Of a stretch of 64,000 bases of DNA, positions 58,326 through 64,000 are shown piece after piece. Under the pieces are notes generated by a model that searched no databases, was not told the DNA's origin, and saw only the letters and a program-made list of their open reading frames with translations. The stretch is from the IMG/VR virus record IMGVR_UViG_3300013280_000006, positions 18,892 through 82,891 of that record. One strand, 5' to 3'. The translations under genes were made by a program, and so were the position numbers. Position 1 is the stretch's first letter. The number at the start of each line of letters is the position of its first letter. Source of the stretch: a virus. Taxonomy: Duplodnaviria; Caudoviricetes.

Positions 58326-59558
58326 TTACTTTTTCTTAGTGGATTTTTGCTTAGCAGCTTGGCTTGCCTTTTTTACAAACTTCGCAAACACCTCAGCTAA
58401 CTTCTCGACATGGGCTTCTTTCTCTTCCTTCTCTTCTGGTTCCTCTTTCTTTTCAGGAGAAGGCTCTCCGGTGCCTTCAGCACCCTCAGAACCTGCATCA
58501 GCTCCAAGCATGTTAGCTTGGGCCGCATCTACGGCGTCACCAGCTGGAGCGGGCTCCGCGCCACCACCCATCGCACCCTCTGCAGCCAATAACTCTTCTG
58601 GGTTAATTCCCTGAGCCTGCAGTGCCTGCAGCAATGCTGCTAGGGTTTCTGGGTCAATGTCCCCACCACCAGGAGCTCCGCCGGGAGCTGCTCCCGCCAT
58701 AGCCTCTGGTGCAATAGCTCCTGCCATTGCCGGGTCGATCATACCTTCATTTGCTTGCTTTACGGATGCCTGCGAAAAAGCAACCACTGCATCAACCAGC
58801 TCATCAGCGTGCAGAACTGCTCTGGTCATCGCATCAGCTGCAATCTTTTCTGCCTGCGCCTGATAGTCGTTAGAAGTACCATTTTCTGCGGTCTTCTCTG
58901 CTTCTACCATTTCCTGCACAGCCTGATTTCCATAAATATAGCCAGTCAACTCAAGCCATGCTTGCTGGTCGCGCTGCATAGCCTCAAACTCGGCTTTCTT
59001 TACAGATACCATTTCATCAGTAGAAGTAGTGGCAGCTTCCGCAGCTTTTTCTGCGCTTGCTGGCGGCTGATCTGTCACTGCCTTATCAGCCTTATTCTTT
59101 ACTTCCTTCTTTGCAGCTGCGGCCTGAATCGCAGCCGGAGCCTCTGCCTTCTTCTCAGACTTAGCGCTTACGGCGATAGTCGCAAGCAAATCATTACCAG
59201 CCTCGATCAAGCTAGCAAGACTTGCATACTTCTCACCGCCAGCCTTCGCTGGGTGAGAAGTCCCTGGATCGTCCTTGGTTGTCTTCACCGCTGGAACGCC
59301 CTCGCCAGTGGCCGTTGCCTTGGTGCCAATGCTATTTGTTGGCGTGTTCTCACCAGCACCCTCTACCGAGTGAATCTCTTCAACCTCGTCAGGTGTCTGT
59401 CCTTGGATGCTCTTCTTAACGTCAGAAGTGTTTTCCGAAGAACGAGAGCCTTCCTTGGCAGGAACGGTCTTGCCTACTTCTACTTCTGCGGACTTCGTGA
59501 GAGATCCAGTAAACTCTTCCAACATGGACAGAATGCTTTGATTCATCTTGTGCGACAT
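58326..59558 (-). CDS. Capsid scaffolding protein
   Basis: 410 aa, Ala/Glu/Lys low complexity, between protease and MCP; GGAG SD. Confidence 0.7.
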   Translation of the reverse strand: MSHKMNQSILSMLEEFTGSLTKSAEVEVGKTVPAKEGSRSSENTSDVKKSIQGQTPDEVEEIHSVEGAGENTPTNSIGTKATATGEGVPAVKTTKDDPGTSHPAKAGGEKYASLASLIEAGNDLLATIAVSAKSEKKAEAPAAIQAAAAKKEVKNKADKAVTDQPPASAEKAAEAATTSTDEMVSVKKAEFEAMQRDQQAWLELTGYIYGNQAVQEMVEAEKTAENGTSNDYQAQAEKIAADAMTRAVLHADELVDAVVAFSQASVKQANEGMIDPAMAGAIAPEAMAGAAPGGAPGGGDIDPETLAALLQALQAQGINPEELLAAEGAMGGGAEPAPAGDAVDAAQANMLGADAGSEGAEGTGEPSPEKKEEPEEKEEKEAHVEKLAEVFAKFVKKASQAAKQKSTKKK

Positions 59559-59607
59559 AGATTACTCCGTGAAATGGTCGTTACGTATTGATTGTACCGC
59601 AGTTACA

Positions 59608-62600
59608 TTATACATGATTTTGTGCAATTGCTAATTCTAAGATTGCATCAAAATCTTGCGGTCGATTATCTCGTACATGCTGCAAGAACGCTAATTTGTA
59701 ACCTGCATACTGATTCAGCAGCTGAGAAGCAGCAGCAGCCGGTGGGTCGTTCGGTACTACTTTACCAGAAACTTGAGCTAGCTTAATACAATTTTCTATC
59801 GCTCGTTGTCTGACTCGTCCAATGTCTAGACCATGCTGAGATTGCAAGTCCTTAGAAACTTTAGACATCATTCCAGTACTGTTATGGTATTGAGAGTCAT
59901 ACGCAATATTCGTAGCAACGCTATAGCCGTGATCCGATTTACCGGCAATCTCAAACAAATTTGGCAGATATTGTTCTGCCTCTTTGATGGTCTGGCTTGT
60001 AGTCGGGTTGTTTCCAAAGATTGCAGTAGCGAAAGTCTCCAAAGGAAGGCATACCAGACCAGAGTGAAGCTCACGAATTACAGATGCTACTTTATCTGTC
60101 GGGATTTGCGCCGTTCGTCTTCCAGGGCTGACTCCCAGACTTAGTGGACCTAGCTTACCAGTTGCTGCGATCCGCTTCTCCATCTCAGCAGCTTTGCTGT
60201 ATGTGTTTAGCTTGGCCGCAACCTTTTGATTGTCAGCCAAAACCGCAGGATCAGGAAAAGTTGCAAACTCTGGATCTAGAGCAAGATCAGCACCGCGAAC
60301 AAGAGCAGATGCTGCCTTGGTTAGAGACCAAGCAATTCGATCGGCTGGACGTGTTACTCTGCTGATGTCGAAGAACGTTGGCTGCTCGTTAATTGCAGCT
60401 ACAATACTGCCGTCGGACAGCAGAGAACTGCTTTCTTTAGTGAGGTGTTCACAGTATTCAGATCTATTTTTTGCTTTATGTCCACAGTATGAACAGTTAT
60501 GCACACTGGCTCCTAACAACACGTAAGACTCATCATTTTCTACTTCTAGGTTGTATGTTTCTTGAAGTACAATATCCTCAATTTTACTGATGCGTATAGC
60601 GAAGTATCTGGTTCCGTCAATCTCTACATAAAAATTTTCAACTCGTGGTTTAGATACGATAGCTTTTGTAAACGTATCCTGCATGTATGAAGAGCACGCT
60701 GACACAGTCTTAGCATATCGTGTCGACAGGTATAAACAATAATAACTGGCTGATTTTGACCATGAACTACTCAATACATGCCTAGATACGCAAAACGGTA
60801 GCCCAGCGTCTAAACCAAGTTGTCTAATACCCTTCATGAGTTCAGGAAGTACAGTTGCTCCGCGAATACTGGTGTGTGGACCTCGCGTTGTTTGGTATAT
60901 TTTCTGTGACCCGTCAGCATCCAACCAACCGGCAATCAGTGCAATTTTATCTTTTGTGTCCCATGTAAACGCATCTACGTGTATGTGTTTTGTTTGTGTT
61001 CTTCCAAATTTAAGAAGTTCTTCTGCTAACCATCTTGAGTGAGCGCTAACACTCCATGCTTTAGCGTTTTTATATTCACGAACCTTTGGCTGTAATCCGT
61101 AATTAGCTAAAGTTTTTACAAGTTTTTCAAGAATTGCTTTTTTATCAAAGCCTAGAGTCCACACCGCACAGTAAGCACGCCACTCACCGTCACGCTTTCG
61201 ACCACGTCTGCTCCCGGATACGTGCCCATCTCCTAAGTATAGACCTATCAACCAAGGATCTAAAGCAGGAGCTGTAGTTGAAGAAGATCTGACCGGAACC
61301 AGGCAGAAATCGTCAGTAGTTAAGTCCTCCGCAGCAACAAACTCAGCACTGTACCCCTCAATACCTGTAGGTATTCGTTGAGTACTGTATGTAAGCATGG
61401 CTGAATGTTGAAGTTCTCGGTCTTGCCGAGTGTGACTTGAATTATTATCGTATGTTTTTCTTTTATACTTTCGCTGATTGCTTGTGGCCTCTCGTGCCGA
61501 TAAGACAAAAAATGGATGGTTGTTAGTAGCCTCTATATATTCACAAAAGTGATTCAACGTAATTTTCTTACCGTCTTGTCTTCCTTCGGTATGAAAGATA
61601 CGAGTAACAGAATTTAAGTTACCGACATGTGTTAGTACCCTTTCTCCTTTGGTGATTTTAGAGATTTTTTTAATCCCGTATTCCGTAATTACTTCAGTGT
61701 CTGGTGCGAGACAAACGTCGATCGGGACTTTACAGTTATGGCTAATTAGCCCGTTGACTACATACGAATGATCATTTTCTACTTCAATATTATATACTTC
61801 GATCCCGCTAGCTTCTCCATATGAAATGTTAGAGATGACTGCAGGGATAAAAATATTCTCTCTTGCTGGTGAGTTATTATGTGCAATCTCGTATTCAGCA
61901 CATAACTTATGTACGTGCGATGAGAAGTTCGACAGCGCAGCTGCATCAATCACAGGTACAGTGATAACATACCCGTTAATTTTCTCGCCACTAGAGCGCA
62001 TAAGTTCCGAGTTTTTAATGTTGGCATAAACATCTATACCTGCAAGTAAGTCGCAAACATATAAAGCCATGAATGCGTCTTCGAATGGAATTAGGATTTC
62101 TCCGTCCCCTTCTTCACAATCATCGGAATCGAAGATTGCTCCAAGGAACGCGGATCGGACTTCTGGCGTAGACCCGAATATACCCAAGAACAGTGGCGCA
62201 TGCTCGGCAGTCAAGTATGACCCCAGCAACGCCCTTGTGCCTGGGTCGGAGTCGGTACCCATGATAACTTCACCAAGAGCGGCAGCAATGTGAGGATTAG
62301 CAATTGACCTATAGTTAGGATAATTATCAGTGGGCAGATAGAGCAAAATATCACCCTTCTGCAAGTCTCCTGCCTGTATCCACTCTGGTCTTTGAACCAG
62401 GTCTTCTTTTTTCTCAGCAGTGTTAATGAGCGCAGCTGTTCTAATGGCTAACATTGGGTGATTAGCGGTTAGATCGATATTAAATGGACTGTTACTAACC
62501 GAGATACAAACTGTTTTTCCCTCATATCTATTGCGAGTAATGGCGGACACGCGCTGCCACCTATTCTTATGTGTCAACACCACGTCACCGACATGCACGT

Positions 62601-63225
62601 TCGCTATTGCCTTGAGTCCACGCGAAGTTGTTACCAACGCAGCTGGGTCGATAACACAAGCCATGCTGAATGGAATAGATTCGTTATTTGCTAACTTTTC
62701 AAGATCTTCTTTCCATTCGTTGTTATCAACCTCAATTAACAACTCAACACGGTCCATTGGATCATTGTAGGCTGCGGCTTTTACCTCACCCCAGACTTTG
62801 TCGCCTTGCTGTGGTTTGTTCTTGTGGTGCTTGTAAACTTTTGCAAACTTCTCAAAAGTCTTAAACCGCTCAAGCAAACCTTCTTGAATTTCATCTGTGA
62901 ACGTGCTGGCAGACTTGGTGTGGTAGCTTCCATTAGCTACCTTAATCTTGTCCCATTTTGGATCGACCAGTGCAATCTTAGTGTGAGATCTAGGGTAGGC
63001 ATCGGCATTGCGATTACTGCCATATGTATCACTTGCACCCATTGCTATTAGGTGAATCAAACTGTGGTCTTGCTTTGGCTTAAAGCTATCGAAATAGCTA
63101 AAAAAATCAGCGCCAGCTCTTTTGGTGAGCCAGTCATGACTGATGCTTCCCGAACGATGCACTGGAACCAATGCGGACATTGGCTCGTGTCTGGCTGAGT
63201 CGTCTGGAAGAATGATTTTGATCAC
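59608..63225 (-). CDS. Prohead maturation protease (HK97/S78-like with CxxC...CxH motif) containing two inteins
   Basis: Spliced sequence restores KHH...FSMACKVPIDVCSYCGHKAKNRSEYCEHL...FFDISRVTRPAD; first gene of the head module; about 491 aa after splicing. Confidence 0.85.
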   Translation of the reverse strand: MIKIILPDDSARHEPMSALVPVHRSGSISHDWLTKRAGADFFSYFDSFKPKQDHSLIHLIAMGASDTYGSNRNADAYPRSHTKIALVDPKWDKIKVANGSYHTKSASTFTDEIQEGLLERFKTFEKFAKVYKHHKNKPQQGDKVWGEVKAAAYNDPMDRVELLIEVDNNEWKEDLEKLANNESIPFSMACVIDPAALVTTSRGLKAIANVHVGDVVLTHKNRWQRVSAITRNRYEGKTVCISVSNSPFNIDLTANHPMLAIRTAALINTAEKKEDLVQRPEWIQAGDLQKGDILLYLPTDNYPNYRSIANPHIAAALGEVIMGTDSDPGTRALLGSYLTAEHAPLFLGIFGSTPEVRSAFLGAIFDSDDCEEGDGEILIPFEDAFMALYVCDLLAGIDVYANIKNSELMRSSGEKINGYVITVPVIDAAALSNFSSHVHKLCAEYEIAHNNSPARENIFIPAVISNISYGEASGIEVYNIEVENDHSYVVNGLISHNCKVPIDVCLAPDTEVITEYGIKKISKITKGERVLTHVGNLNSVTRIFHTEGRQDGKKITLNHFCEYIEATNNHPFFVLSAREATSNQRKYKRKTYDNNSSHTRQDRELQHSAMLTYSTQRIPTGIEGYSAEFVAAEDLTTDDFCLVPVRSSSTTAPALDPWLIGLYLGDGHVSGSRRGRKRDGEWRAYCAVWTLGFDKKAILEKLVKTLANYGLQPKVREYKNAKAWSVSAHSRWLAEELLKFGRTQTKHIHVDAFTWDTKDKIALIAGWLDADGSQKIYQTTRGPHTSIRGATVLPELMKGIRQLGLDAGLPFCVSRHVLSSSWSKSASYYCLYLSTRYAKTVSACSSYMQDTFTKAIVSKPRVENFYVEIDGTRYFAIRISKIEDIVLQETYNLEVENDESYVLLGASVHNCSYCGHKAKNRSEYCEHLTKESSSLLSDGSIVAAINEQPTFFDISRVTRPADRIAWSLTKAASALVRGADLALDPEFATFPDPAVLADNQKVAAKLNTYSKAAEMEKRIAATGKLGPLSLGVSPGRRTAQIPTDKVASVIRELHSGLVCLPLETFATAIFGNNPTTSQTIKEAEQYLPNLFEIAGKSDHGYSVATNIAYDSQYHNSTGMMSKVSKDLQSQHGLDIGRVRQRAIENCIKLAQVSGKVVPNDPPAAAASQLLNQYAGYKLAFLQHVRDNRPQDFDAILELAIAQNHV
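60496..61713 (-). mobile_element. Intein 2 (406 aa) with LAGLIDADG homing endonuclease
   Basis: N-terminal CLAPDTEV, C-terminal YNLEVENDESYVLLGASVHN then Cys; LIGLYLGDG and LIAGWLDADG motifs. Confidence 0.93.
61735..62658 (-). mobile_element. Intein 1 (308 aa) with degenerate endonuclease domain
   Basis: N-terminal CVIDPAALV, block B TANHP, C-terminal YNIEVENDHSYVVNGLISHN then Cys; LAGLIDADG motifs eroded (LGEVIMGTD, FLGAIFDSD). Confidence 0.92.
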
Positions 63226-63255
63226 AGTACGTTCCTATGAATGTGGACTACCGCG

Positions 63256-63990
63256 TTATTTATAAACTGGTTGAACCTCAGGCGTAGATGAGAACCATCT
63301 CGAAACCGCTGGTAAGCCAGCTTGTGCTCCCAGTCCTGCAAGGAATCCCGACACACCCAGAAGTCTTCCGCGAGCTCGTGGGGTGCCTAATTGATGCGAG
63401 ATAAGATCTTGCTTCAATGTTGGATATTTATCGAGTATACCGCCGTTTCTTAGAATGCGTTCTGCAATATCGGGATTCTTCTGTAGTAACGCAGCGCGAT
63501 TAGTTATTTTGGCTTGCGGTGTTGGGTGGTTACCGTTACTTGAATAAATTTCAGCTATCCTTCTGGCCACATTGCTTGGCAGTATGAGGTTATCCTTGAG
63601 AGCTAAAGGTTTCGCATCCTTGCCTTTACCGAATAACTCTCCTTTGAGCATCTTCGTAGCAATATCCGCCCGACCTGTGGCATGTTCCATTTGTTGATCG
63701 GTAACGCTACCTAGGGTAGGCTTTAGCCAATTCCACTTAGATTTTTCTGCAACCCTCTCAGGTTTTAAATATGCATGCTCTGCGCCTGATGGTACGTCAC
63801 CAATAAACATACGCGTTAATCTGTCTATACCATGCCTCTTGTCGTACATGTGCCCCGCAGCAACAGCACCCTTAGCCGCTGCGGCTGGTACAAGCAGCCC
63901 AGTACCCACACGCACGGCTCCTGGTAAATCGTAACCGAGTAACGATCTCCATGTAGAATTTACTGGATTTACAACAGTTTGCGATAACAT
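63256..63990 (-). CDS. Hypothetical protein with Gly/Ala-rich hydrophobic segments; possibly 5'-truncated
   Basis: 244-aa ORF, frame open to the window edge; hydrophobic stretches near both ends. Confidence 0.6.
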   Translation of the reverse strand: MLSQTVVNPVNSTWRSLLGYDLPGAVRVGTGLLVPAAAAKGAVAAGHMYDKRHGIDRLTRMFIGDVPSGAEHAYLKPERVAEKSKWNWLKPTLGSVTDQQMEHATGRADIATKMLKGELFGKGKDAKPLALKDNLILPSNVARRIAEIYSSNGNHPTPQAKITNRAALLQKNPDIAERILRNGGILDKYPTLKQDLISHQLGTPRARGRLLGVSGFLAGLGAQAGLPAVSRWFSSTPEVQPVYK

Positions 63991-64000
63991 GTCAGGATTT

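Noticed and set aside
55792-59591. Long plus-strand ORFs 55792..56592, 57020..57913 and 58755..59591
   Set aside because: Antisense shadows of the biased-codon capsid, decoration and scaffold genes; no SD context or recognisable motifs.
63257-63264. T4-type late promoter TATAAATA upstream of the protease
   Set aside because: Single occurrence formed by the last codons of a gene, and the encoded sigma has region 4, unlike T4 gp55.
1-64000. CRISPR array
   Set aside because: No run of regularly spaced 25-45-nt direct repeats with unique spacers was seen; the repeats present are coding (collagen) or inverted.
1-64000. Stop-codon recoding (alternative genetic code)
   Set aside because: Long genes are intact under code 11, and TAA, TGA and TAG all end tightly coupled genes; the tRNA is not a suppressor.

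Overview
This window is the virion-morphogenesis (late) region of a large contractile-tailed dsDNA phage (myovirus, probably jumbo-sized) that uses the standard genetic code. Almost all genes are on the minus strand. Read right to left it encodes: a prohead protease interrupted by two inteins only 7 residues apart, scaffold, HK97-type major capsid protein, membrane/lysis-like genes, neck proteins, collagen-containing fibres, tail terminator, sheath, tube, gp5/VgrG-like spike, tail chaperones with a candidate -1 frameshift, tape measure, hub, a sigma70-like factor, and baseplate. Next come an array of five paralogous tail-tip proteins, a 997-aa protein with about 65 Cys, two Cys-motif paralogs, a nine-gene glycan-modification island (GT9, GT10, GT71, aminotransferase, ATP-grasp, HAD, methyltransferase and two others) and a metallophosphoesterase. 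After a strong terminator at about 4.8 kb lies a separate unit of small genes with an unusual long-variable-arm tRNA-Thr(UGU), a half-tRNA remnant and two long RNA hairpins. The best candidate for an undescribed system is the coupled Cys-rich adhesin / Cys-motif partner pair / glycosylation island. Other strong signals are the tandem active-site inteins and a K-x-A motif repeated through the head proteins. All functional calls come from motifs read by eye; no database searches were run.
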